A stretch of 64,000 bases of DNA from NCBI GenBank assembly GCA_964016885.1, contig OZ024741.1, forward strand, positions 106,082,001 through 106,146,000, written 5' to 3'. How positions within the stretch are numbered: position 1 is the first letter of the stretch; the number at the start of each line of letters is the position of its first letter. Below, piece after piece: positions 11,163 through 21,419 of this stretch. A program made the position numbers and the translations under genes. Below the pieces are notes generated by a model. The model worked only from the letters and a program-made list of their open reading frames with translations, made no database searches and was not told where the DNA came from. This DNA comes from Eledone cirrhosa. Lineage: Eukaryota.

Positions 11163-11832
11163 GTGTGACAAGAAGCTTGTTTCCCAACCACATATTTCCG
11201 GGTTCAGTCCCACTGCTCGAGCCGACCAAAGCCTTGTGAGTGGATTTGATAGATCGAAACTAAAAGAAGCCCGCCGTATATATGTATATATGTCTGTGTG
11301 TGTCTTTGCATTTGTGTTTGCCCTCCCACCAATGATTGTTGGTTTGTTGACGTCCCCATAACTTAACAAGGTGATGCTCCAGCATGGGCGTAGTCCAGAG
11401 ACAGAAAAAAAGTAAAATATATATGTGTGTGTGTGTAGAAGAGGGGTCTCAAACTCAAGGACACAAAAGGGCTATTACGTCCTGGAGGAGAGGCACAGTG
11501 GGCCAAACGTGGTGGTGGGTGAACATTTTCACCAGTTATAATCATTTCTACTATAGGAACAAGCCATGAAATTTGGGGTTTAGGGTTCAGTCGATTGTAT
11601 CGATCCTAGTACACAACTGGTACTTAATTCATCGACCCCAAAAGGATGTAAGGCAAAGTTGAGATCGGTGGAATTTGAACTCAGAACGTAAAAACGGAAG
11701 AAGTACCGTTAAGCATTTCGCCAGATGTGTTAACGATTCCACCAGCTTGCCGCCTAATTTTCACCAGTTATCATGCAATATGAAATTAACCATGGGCCAC
11801 AGATAAGTAGTTCGTGGGCCGCATGTGTGAGC
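11163..11832. repeat. SINE-containing block paralogous to 808-1056 + 1921-2336
   Basis: Colinear similarity, including the SINE at 11545-11755 (-) and an hAT-like 'gggccgcat' remnant. Confidence 0.8.
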
Positions 11833-11922
11833 CTCTTGTTGGAGATAAATAGATAGATAGATAGACGTGTACCAACACACACACATTTCTTACTCTCTCT
11901 GTCCCTCCCTCTTTCTCTCTTC

Positions 11923-11959
<37 letters not shown>

Positions 11960-11965
<6 letters not shown>

Positions 11966-12572
11966 TTGGAGCTCTGAAATAGCAATATATATATGGATGT
12001 ATATATAATGTATTTTGCAATACACTTTATGCTTAATTAAAAGCATTTTGAAGACCGTATTGTTTTAGAGTAGTGACAAATTCACTTACTTTAATCTCAA
12101 GCGAAACAAGGCCTTGTCGGCTTATCTCCCCTGTTTGCTGAGATTAAAGTAAGTGAATTTGTCACTACTCTAAAACAATAGCATACGGTCTTCAAAATGC
12201 TTTTAATTAAGCATAAAGTATATTGCAAAATACATTATATATACATCCATATATATATTGCTATTTCAGAGCTCCAATTCTAATTTTTAATTTCTGCCTG
12301 ACCAACAATCGCTCTGTATAATCAGTTCCTGATTATTTACTAGAATTCTATAAGAATATAACATCAGTAATCTCAGTAGACAGGAGGGGTAGTTAGCCTT
12401 GATAAGCTTCAACAAAAGCGAAACAAGGCCTTGTCGGCTTATCTCCCCTGTTTGCTGAGATTAAAGTAAGTGAATTTGTCACTACTCTAAAACAATAGCA
12501 TACGGTCTTCAAAATGCTTTTAATTAAGCATAAAGTGTATTGCAAAATACATTATATATACATCCATATATA
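11960..12572 (+). mobile_element. Penelope-like element with inverted terminal segment and tandem pseudo-LTR
   Basis: 11960-12099 is inverted at ~12138-12283, and 12100-12256 is repeated at ~12417-12572. Degenerate hammerhead AGCC-TTGATAA-GCTT-CAACA-AAGC-GAAAC-AAGGCCTT-GTC-GGCT at 12395-12439. Confidence 0.75.
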
Positions 12573-12636
12573 TATATATATATATAAAATAAAGTTAAAT
12601 AAAAAGTCAAATGTTTAAAATTTAGCTTCGTTTATT

Positions 12637-12691
12637 ACTGCTATATATATTTCAGTGACAGCCATCTTTGGCTGTGACCTCTTCAGGCAGT
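12637..12691 (-). ncRNA. Type I hammerhead ribozyme motif in Penelope-like remnant (12590-13003)
   Basis: ACTGC-CTGAAGA-GGTCACAGCCA-AAGA-TGGCTGTCACT-GAAAT-ATAT-ATA-GCAGT: perfect 5-bp stem I, stem II with one mismatch. Confidence 0.8.
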
Positions 12692-13089
12692 TTCAATTAG
12701 TGTGGTATAGACAAGTACATATGTTGTTGAGGTGTATAATTTTGTCGATACTCTGATATGCCCTGTTCCTGGTTGGGTTGTTATTTCACTGAGGAACTGG
12801 AATCATATGAATTCAAACAAACGAATTTCAGTGTCAAAGGGCCTCTTCTCCTCTCATTGGTCAGTTGTTAGAACATTCCTCAATCTAAGTGTTGTTATTG
12901 TTGGAGTTAGCTTAAAGAATTGATAAAGTGGTAGAAGGGACAAGGTGTTAAAGGAACAAAATAACACTTTTTCTGTTATTTTGTTCCTTTAACACCTTGT
13001 CTCTTTTTTGTTGCACATTTATATCTTCCATTCCTTGTTATATTTTATAAAGTTATAACATATTTCTGTATTATTATAGAACACCTACT

Positions 13090-13750
13090 TCAAGTTCTGT
13101 AGGGAAAATGTTTTCATTATTTTTTAACCAGTTGAGTTTTTTCAGGAAAAGAAAGGGGGTGCAGTGCATACCCACCCCCTCGGAGTTTTCTCTACGATTT
13201 TCTTTTTTCATGTGTTATCAACGAATATGACCTCTAAACCAATTGGAAATGACTAGCTTTGTAGAAAAAAAAAGGTGAAAAGAGGCAGAAAGACCATCAG
13301 AGTTTCGCAGATCTACACACCTCTCATGTTTGATGGAAATCATTATGATTCCTCAATTTCTTGGAGTGCTATCAACTAATCTGAACTCTTAAATACTCAC
13401 AGTTGACTTCTTTTCTCAGATTAGGTTTAGGGTTAGGTTTAAGGTTTAGGTTAGGGTTTCTGTTTTCTGGGAAATAAAAGTTGTGAAGATTTGCGAAATT
13501 CCGATGGGCTTTTCACCCCCTTTTCTATAAATAATAGTCATTTCTGGCTGGTTTGGATGTCATAGTCATTGATAACATGCAAAAAAAAAATATTGTGCAG
13601 AAAACTCTGAGGATAATTCCCTCCTCAAAGTTTTCCTGAAAAAAAGGCGATTCTAAGCATCTTGGAGATTAAATTAGTTGATAGCACATGAAAAAAAAAA
13701 AACAAGGAAAAAAATGTTTGTGACACTGAAATCAAAGGGGTGGGTCTATA
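13090..13750. mobile_element. Fold-back non-autonomous DNA element with TTAGGG-like core (one per unit)
   Basis: Long imperfect IRs ('ttttttcaggaaaa...gttatcaa...gactag...tttcgcagatct' vs 'agatttgcgaaa...tagtc...ttgataac...ttttcctgaaaaaa') around a ttaggtttagggtt tract. Copies at ~25.0, 35.9, 48.3 and 59.7 kb. Confidence 0.65.
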
Positions 13751-14019
13751 AATTTACCCATATTTCATGTGAATATTAAAAAAATAATTAAACGTAATTG
13801 TGATGTAAAAGAAAAACAATTCAGTGATTAATGTAAATTCACATTTAGTTGTGGTGAGGAATTTCATTATTCTTGTTATAACACTCTATAGAATAAACCT
13901 ATTGGCTAAATCCAACACAGCATGTGTAAATTATACTGAATTAAATACATTGCACAGTTGTGAACGATTGTCTATTTGTATACATTTTTATACATCAAGA
14001 ATTACAGGAGCTGGTGCAG

Positions 14020-14510
14020 TAATGCACCACCTTCAGTATTTAGTAATCAGAAGGGAGGTAGGTATAAAAGCCAATTCGGTATTCATGCCAACCCTTACCT
14101 ATGCTCATGAATCTTGGGTAGTGACTGAAAGAATATTATTGTGGATACAAGCAGCTGAAATGGGCTTCCTTCGAAGGGTCTTTGGAGTAATGTTACTCGA
14201 TAGAGTGCCTAGCTCGGCGATCAGAGAGTCACTCCAGGTTGAGCTGCTACTTCTCCAAATTGAGAGATCACAGCTCCGATACTATGGGTATGCTGGACTG
14301 ATTTTTACAGGCAAAACCAACTGGCAGGAGACTCATGGGTAACCCCAAGCAAGATTGTTGGATAACATCCATGAGCTTGGCTGGTCATGCTTGGGTATCC
14401 AGCCGGATGAGCTGGAGATGGTTGCTTCTACAGGACCTGCTGAAAGGAATGTTTGATGACTTCCCCCACAACCCACTCAGGAATAAGTGGGAGAAGAAGA
14501 AGACAGGAGA
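14020..14510 (+). mobile_element. RTE (Expander/Rex3-like) LINE 3' fragment
   Basis: PTLTYAHESWV.TERI...IQAAEMGFLRRVFG..LLDRV.SSAIRESLQVE.LLLQIERSQLR with a (GAA)n tail. Copies at ~26.0, 36.9, 49.3 and 61.1 kb. Confidence 0.88.
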
Positions 14511-14569
14511 CTAAAAAACTATGATAATTTCTTACTGTCTGTGGTGATACTTTATTTATCTAAAAATAT

Positions 14570-14855
14570 AGTCTAAAGTCTGTCTTGAGCTCAGAGGCTC
14601 ATCAGGCTGGGACCTATGCTGGTTTCCATGGTGTTAAGCAACTAAGAGTACAAGACTCCTCTCTGGACAGGATGCCAGTCCATTAAAGGGTTAAACCCCC
14701 ATACTGCTGATACTCGTTTTCAGCTGAGTGTACTGGAGCCATGATAAATGAAATATTTTGCTGAAGAACACAATACACGACCCAGTCCAGGAATCGAACC
14801 CACAATATTATAAATGTAAGTTCAACACATTTACCACTTGGCCAAGTGCCTCCCT
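14570..14855 (-). mobile_element. tRNA-derived CORE/Meta-type SINE
   Basis: - strand head 'gggaggcacttggccaagtggtaa...gggttcgattcctgg' (A/B boxes) followed by a CORE-like 'gtgtattgtgttcttcagcaaaa'. Copies at ~37470-37755 and ~61620-61900. Confidence 0.75.
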
Positions 14856-15289
14856 GATTGTATTTATAGCTGCTATTATTAATGGCTCTATTTAATCAGA
14901 TACACGGGCTTGCATAAATGATGCATCTTTTATCATTAGTTATTACTGATGTGTTCGTTTTTAACACCATCATGTACTACAGAATATACTTATAGATTTA
15001 TACTAACACTATTCATGTTAATCAATTAAATTTAATAAAATACTCTAGGTGGTTGTATATTGACTGTCTGATTCTAATCAAATATTTGCAAAGATTGGAA
15101 AGAAACGAAGCTTCCATGCTTCAATGGATGTGCAATGACAACATACGCGAACTGCAAAGCATAAATGTGAACTGCGTGAGAAATTAGGCATAAGAGGGAT
15201 CTTACGTCCCCAATTTCCCAAAACATCTTCCCCGCCCCTCCCAAGTTTCCAACCTCCTCTATAAAGTGATCTCCACTGGAGCTATGACA

Positions 15290-15620
15290 AAAGAGCCCAG
15301 CCCACACTATAGTGGTCATGTAGGTGTCATGATAAAAGCGAGTACCTAGTCCACACTGTAAAGTGGTCGTGTAGGTGTCACGATAAAAAGCACCCAGTCC
15401 ACGATGTAAAGTGGTCATTTAGGTGACACGGCAAAAAGCACCCAGCACACACTGTAAATGTGGTTGGCGTTAGGATGGTCGTCCAGCCATAGAAACCAAG
15501 CCAAAATCAGTTTTGTGTGAGTGAATCACGGTCCCCTGACCTGATCCCTCACAAAGAGATAGCCCATCCTACCCATGCTAACGTGGAAAGTGGACATCAA
15601 ACGATTATGATGATGATGAT
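15290..15620 (+). repeat. SINE/RTE-tail remnant with ~45-bp 'aaaagcacccagtccacactgtaaagtggt' tandem repeats and (ATG)n tail
   Basis: Tandem subrepeats are visible and end in 'ggacatcaaacgattatgatgatgat'. Copies at ~28.4 and 39.2 kb, with related ones at 23.9, 35.1, 47.5 and 58.6 kb. Confidence 0.7.
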
Positions 15621-15712
15621 CAAAATAAAAAATTTATTGTAATATTTCAGGATGGTCATTTTGCCAATAAAAACACATGCACTATTCAATTTTCACATCA
15701 TTTTTATTATTA

Positions 15713-16890
15713 ACTAGCTGGCCCATCCGGCTGGCGCTCAGATAGGTATACCGGCATTTTGTCTTTTCAAGAATCCCCCCTACACTCCAGTGCAAAGATA
15801 ACGCACGCCCTTTCAAGTCGGGGGGGGGGGGGACTTAACATGCTCTGATGTTGGGTTTGAATAGTTTTTAGGATTCCCCAGTTCAGCAGCCACTACATTA
15901 AAGAAAATTGATAGTTACAACAATAAAGGCTTAACAGAGAACAAATTTTTTAACAAACAATAATTTGTACAACTATAATGGAGGCACATGGCTTAGTGGT
16001 TAGAGCATTGGCCTTGCAATCGAAAGGTTGTGAGTTCAATTCTCAGAACGGGTGATGTGTTGTTTCCTTGAGCAAGACACTTTATTCCACATTGCTCCAG
16101 TTCACTCAGCTGTAGAAATGAGATGATAGGGACTGGGGTCCCTATCATTCCACTGTAAAGTAAACGTGTAGGTGCCACGGCAAAAAAAGCACCCAGCACT
16201 CACTGTAAATGAGGTTGGTGTTAGGAAGGGCATCCAGCTGTAGAAATCAAGTCAGAATCAGTTCCCGTCCCACTCTTGCAAGCAGGGAAAAGCGGACGTA
16301 AAATGATGATGATGATGATGATAATGGAAATTCCAAGTAACAGAAAATATTTAAATAACGTTGTTAGAGCCTCAGAGTATACAATAATTTTTGTTCCCCC
16401 CCCCCCCCCCACACACACACACCGGAGCAGGATGAAAAGATTGTTTGGCAAGCTCACCCTAGAGCATCCTACATAAAATTGACCATGGGAGGATCAGTGA
16501 CTTTGTAGCTCATCTCGCGGAGAAGCTCTGTAGATGTTGACCTCTGGAAATTCCTGTCAGGAGCAGGTAAGTTGTAGTGACACCAATCTCCAGGACACTG
16601 TTTTCAAGACAAATGACCGTCTCATTGAAAACGACATCGTATGTTACGTTCAGATTGTGTCTGCGCGTGCACTGGTGTATGTCCTCAGCTAGACTTTCAC
16701 GGTGGTTCTTCCACAGTGCAAGAGGGTCGGCGAGATCGCAGTTGTGCAGCATAATAGCAAAATGTTTTTTGCAGCTGAGAAGGGACTTTAGCAGTTGATA
16801 CTTCTTGCAGGGTGAGGTGCCAATGGCTGTCATTGTGTAACATACCACGCATCTGGCAAGCCAAATGGTAAGTGGAACATTGATGGCCAT
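15713..16890 (-). mobile_element. Helitron remnant (RepHel fragments plus terminus), interrupted by a SINE
   Basis: ACQMRGMLHNDSHWHLTLQE..PSQL / FAIMLHNCDLADPLALWKNHRESLAEDI (Helitron Rep-helicase linker), helicase end IVYSEAL, and terminal 'actagctggccc..'. Confidence 0.85.
15979..16320 (+). mobile_element. Full-length tRNA-CORE-RTE-tail SINE with ATAATGGA target duplication
   Basis: Head 'ggaggcacatggcttagtggttagagc...gagttcaattc' and (ATG)n tail. 'ataatgga' occurs at 15975 and 16321, and the empty site is visible at ~19513. Confidence 0.88.
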
Positions 16891-17600
16891 CTTTGGTGCA
16901 TAAATTTGCACCAACCACAGAAACCTTTCTTCAGCCTAAGCTTCAAGACGCAAATCTTCCCTCAAAATATATTTTCAGGTAAGGACTCATCAGTATCCCT
17001 TTCTGGCACCACACCTGAATAGTGGAATTTCCATCCCCCATCCAAATCTCTACTACCAGAGCCATGGAACTTTGTTGAGGAAACCATGATTATATAATGT
17101 TCCAGTTACCAACTCTCAAGTTTTGGTCTCTTCCAGACTCTCTCTGGGGTCTCAGGATATGTATCATTTGTGCTTACATCTCACACCTCTTAGGACAGAT
17201 AGCAGAGCCATTGCCAGATCTTGCAGCATTGGATGAAGACTATAATATTATCTCAAAGGACAATGTGGTATGAATGCCTTTATTGTTTCCAACTATTTTT
17301 ACAATGTTTTGGTGGTCTCATTTGTGCCAGTCACCAATTTGGTGCTTTTCTCAGACCCACAAAGACAAGGCTTTTTTAAAGACGGCCTTTACTTGCCTTG
17401 TAGCTACATCACTGGGTTGTGAGAGTTTTTCTTGGGAGCTAACCGTGTCACCCATTGCTCCATCCCCCCTAGTAGTTTACCATTGTTGGCCTGGGGTTGC
17501 TTCTTTCTGTAGCTGGAGCCTGTTTATATCACCTCTAACCATCATATCTGGTAGCCATATTGCTATCTGCGACCTATGAGCAGAACAGCTCTGCCAAGAA
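16890..17600 (-). mobile_element. RTE LINE 5' region with apurinic-endonuclease remnant
   Basis: - strand: VSSTKFHGSGSRDLDGGWKFHYSGVVPE and LKLRLKK..LVQIYAP. Copies at ~30.8-31.6, 41.5-42.3 and 51.9-52.65 kb. Confidence 0.8.
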
Positions 17601-17619
17601 CTAATCTTGTTTCAATGAT

Positions 17620-18500
17620 TTTTTTCTAACATTGACACAAGACCAGCAATTGGTGTCAGGGAGAAAGTTGATTATATATACCTCAGTACTTAGCTGGTAC
17701 TTTATTTTATCAATCACAGAAGGATGAAAGGAAAAGTTGACTTCAGTGGGATCTGAACTCAGAACATAGAAAGTCGAAACTAAATAATTGTTTCTACTTT
17801 TGGCACAAGGCCAGCAATTACCTAGTGTATTACTGGTACTTTATTTTATCGACCACATAAGGATGAAAGGCAAAGTTAACCTCGGCGGGATTTGAACTCA
17901 GAATGGCAAGGCCCGTAACTCTATGCGTCAAAGCATGGCGTCCGACCCTCTACCGATACTGCCAATCCACTGGCCATAGAAACTAAATAATGCAAGTCGA
18001 AACTAAATAATGCAAAGCATTTTGTCAGTCACTCTACCTACACTGTTTATCTACCATCTTCATTATCTGATTGTAATAATAATAATTGTTTCTACATTTG
18101 GCACAAGACCAGCAATTACCCCAGTGCATTACTGGTGCTTTTATTTTTATCGACCCCGTAAGGATAAAAGGCAAAGCTAACCTCGGCGGGATTTGAACTC
18201 AGAACGTAAAGAGCCATAACTCTCTGCTGCAAAGCATGATGTTTGACGTTCTACCAATATTGCCAAAATAATAACAAGAATGGTTTCTGATTTAGGCAGA
18301 AGGCCAATAATTTTAGGGGATGGTAAAAATCGATGAAATCGACCCTAGTGCATTACTGGTACTTTATTTTATCGACCCTGTAAGTATGAAAGGCAGAGCT
18401 AACTTCGGTGGGATTTGAATTCAGAACATAAAGGGTCATAACTCTATGCTGCAAAGCATAGTGTCCAATGTTCAACATATACTGCCAATCTACTGCCCTT
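17620..18500 (-). mobile_element. Cluster of four tandem tRNA-SINE copies
   Basis: Four same-orientation repeats of 'ggcacaag..cagcaatt...ctggtactttatttt atcgacc...gaaaggcaaag...atttgaactcaga'. Confidence 0.85.
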
Positions 18501-19249
18501 ATAATAATAATGATAATGATCTTGTGTTATTTCATTGCATATCAACAGCTGGTATCTGTTTAATACAGAATACAGAAAAACATGTGTTTAACTTATTTAA
18601 TTTATTTATGAATAAATTCACAACATCATATATAACAATCTTCTTCTTCAATAAAGACTTGTATGTCATTTATTCATATTATGATATACATATTCAAAAC
18701 AGTGAGGCATCCAAAATTAAAATATTGATTTCCAGAGGTTGACCCAGGAGATGGCTCTCACCGTTTTTCCATTGTTTTTTCGATTGTCTTTGACCTGTAC
18801 ATTCCACTGTAATGAATTCATATTCTAAATACTTAAATTTTATTCCATTGAAAATCAAGCAATCATTTTAAAATATATGTAATTAAATTTAATAATTATT
18901 AAATATTATGGTTAAATAGAACTATGTGTATGAAGCTTAAACATTTGAACTTTGAAGCGCCGAGGAAATAAATTTATAGATGTAGGAGGCACAAATGCAG
19001 AAAATAACTGCAAATACAGTTCTTTATCTTCATTTCTTCGCCCACTTATTCCTGGTTTTGCCTGTAAAATCAGTCCAACGATTCTTTCCTGAGACATTCT
19101 AACCACATGCCCATAAATACAGTTAGTTGCTATAATATAGCTTATAATAATCGAGTAAACACAATTATAGACATTATTCATTTGGAATGGTTCTTTTAAA
19201 AGTGCAGTTCTGAAGGTAAATTTCTGTGTACAAGTAACTTTATAGAATA

Positions 19250-19745
19250 CTAGCTGGCCCGTCCGGCTGGTGGCCGACTAGGTATACCGGTATTTTATCT
19301 TTTCAGAAATCCCCCCTCCATTCCAGTGCAAAGATACCACACGCCCTCTCAAGTCAGCGAGGGTGGGGGTAACGTGCTCTGATGTTGGGTTTGAATAATT
19401 TTAGGATTCCCTAGTTCAGCAGCCAGTAAGTTAAAGAAAATTTATAGTTACAACAATAAAGGCTGAACAGAGAACACATTTTTTAACAAACTTTACAATA
19501 ATTTGTACAACCATAATGGAAATTCCAAGTAACAGAAAATACATATATTACATTGTTAGAGCCTCAGAGTATACAATATTATTTGTTCGGCCCTCGGGAG
19601 CAAAGATGAAGAGATTGTTTGGCGAGCTCACCCTAGAGTATCCTACATACAATTGACCATGGGAGAAGCATGGTTTTCCCAGAGGAAGGCCAGCCATTTT
19701 TAGGGTTTGATCCTGAGCTTTGTTGATGGTAATCGCAAAGCTTAG
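19250..19745 (-). mobile_element. Helitron 3' remnant with PIF1-type helicase C-terminus
   Basis: SFAITINKAQDQTLK..G..L.KPCFSHGQLYVGYSRVSSPNNLFIFAPEGRTNNIVYSEAL (helicase motifs V-VI). Copy at 54252-54748. Confidence 0.9.
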
Positions 19746-19942
19746 TATCTCTGTTGCTCTAGTAACATTTTTTTCTTCTGGAAAATCTGATCTTGCGGCC
19801 AGGCTGGGACTTTTTGGGTGGCATATCGGCAGTAACAATGAGGAAAGCCATCTGTGCTTTCTTGAAATAAATACGATTGTTTATATTTTGTTTTTGTGTA
19901 TGCAAAAATATCTGTACACGAATATATAATTATATATATATA

Positions 19943-20610
19943 TTTCGTTTCTGAATTTGTTTAGCAAGATTCTTTATCTGAAAACGGGGGTTGAAACCGA
20001 TATTGTTATACTTTGGGAGGGTCATGTTGCCAATAAGAAACACACGCACCAGTTGCTTTCTCTTCAATTTATTATAAATTAAATTTATAAATTTAGGAAT
20101 TTATAAATTTCCGGTTGGTTGGTTGGTTCCAAAACCAGACGATTATTCATATATTGTCAAAGCTGGGGATTCTTTTCTTTGTTTTTGTGCCATTCATGTG
20201 AACAGCAACATCACAACTTACAATTAAGGACAAAATGAAAACACACAGACGCATAGAACAAACAACCAACCAGTAACATGTAAATAAACAAATAAATAAA
20301 CAAATATAAACACACACAGACACCCGGATGTTACACATGCGCAAACTAAGCACACGACACACACAAAAACAATATGGCGTAGGACAGAACAAAGGAGAGA
20401 CACAGAAACAAAGAAAATAATCCCCAGTCACTAAAGAGGTCACAGAATGTGTGACGAAAGAACTTTGACAATATATGAACAATCGTCTGGTTGTGGAACC
20501 AACCAACCAACCGGAAATTTATAAATTCCTTAATTTATAATAAATTGAAGTGAAAGCGACTGGTGCGTGTGTTTCTTATTCGCAACATGACTCTCCCAAA
20601 GCATAACAAT
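19943..20610 (+). mobile_element. Penelope-like fold-back element inserted in (TA)n, unit 1 only
   Basis: 20000-20162 is inverted at 20463-20610. Degenerate hammerhead GTCA-CTAAAGA-G-GTCACA..TGTGAC-GAAAG-AA-CTT-TGAC at 20427-20469. The equivalent site in unit 4 (~54930-54956) is a plain (TA)n. Confidence 0.75.
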
Positions 20611-20848
20611 ATATATATATATTAAAATAACAGATTAAAGTTTAACGAGATCTTCTGAAACTAAAAAAATCAATCTGTGAACGCAGAAGTAAATATTTCG
20701 AAAAAAGGTTACAACCAAAGGAAAACAGGAAGACGTTCCCTGGCAACGAACGGAAAAAAGGGAAGATAATGGGTTCTTATATATTTGATATATATTTATC
20801 CTTATTGAGCTCTCTTTAGATTTTAGTCTTCACATTTATTAATATTAC

Positions 20849-20895
<47 letters not shown>

Positions 20896-21419
20896 TTATT
20901 GAGAGGGCGTGCGGTATCTTTGCACTGAATTAATTAAAAGTTGGTTAGAAGTGAAGTCAATGCAGAGAGGCAGCCAGACAGACAGATATTATAAGCATGC
21001 AACGTTATAGCTATGTATCTAATGCAGACAGCCAGATATACAGAGACATATTATAAGGGCGCGATGTTATAGCTATGTATTTATCTAAAAAGACAGACTA
21101 AGAAGAGAGAGGAATGTTGTATAAACGGAAGTGTTGACATTTGAACATTTTAAAGAAGTGAATATTTAAATAAACGATAAAATATCTTTAATCTTTTAAT
21201 GAAATTTAGAAGACAAAAATACCCTCACTTTCTTACTTGGAAAAAGTTACATCTATGGTGCAAATTTGGTGCTGTTTGGTCCAGCCGTTTGGCGAAAAGT
21301 TTGTTACATACATACAGCCATCAGCTTTATTATAGAATGTGAAATAAGAAGGGAATGGAAGATATATAACTGAAAAGAACATGGAAAGACGGACAAATAT
21401 AGAGATTATGATATACTAA

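Noticed and set aside
13420-13460. TTAGGG-like tract as interstitial telomere
   Set aside because: Short and degenerate, and always centred within the same fold-back DNA element.
13824-14342. Repeated 172-229 aa ORF (MINVNSH...) at 13824, 36723 and 60876 as a host gene family
   Set aside because: It has a GTG start, its recognisable part is a decayed RTE LINE C-terminus, and it is frameshifted or stopped in other copies. Its conservation reflects recent duplication.
14590-14630. GAAAC...GTC...CTGATGA on the - strand as a type II hammerhead
   Set aside because: Only 5 nt lie between GTC and CTGATGA (no stem I) and no stem II pairing is possible. It is part of a SINE tail.
15290-15460. Regularly spaced ~45-bp repeats as a CRISPR-like array
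   Set aside because: These are whole-unit tandem repeats without unique spacers, derived from a SINE/RTE tail in eukaryotic DNA, with no cas genes.
15979-16055. tRNA genes at SINE heads (also 22457 and 63000-63076)
   Set aside because: A/B boxes are present, but they run into CORE and tail sequence and are flanked by TSDs, with no proper acceptor stem.
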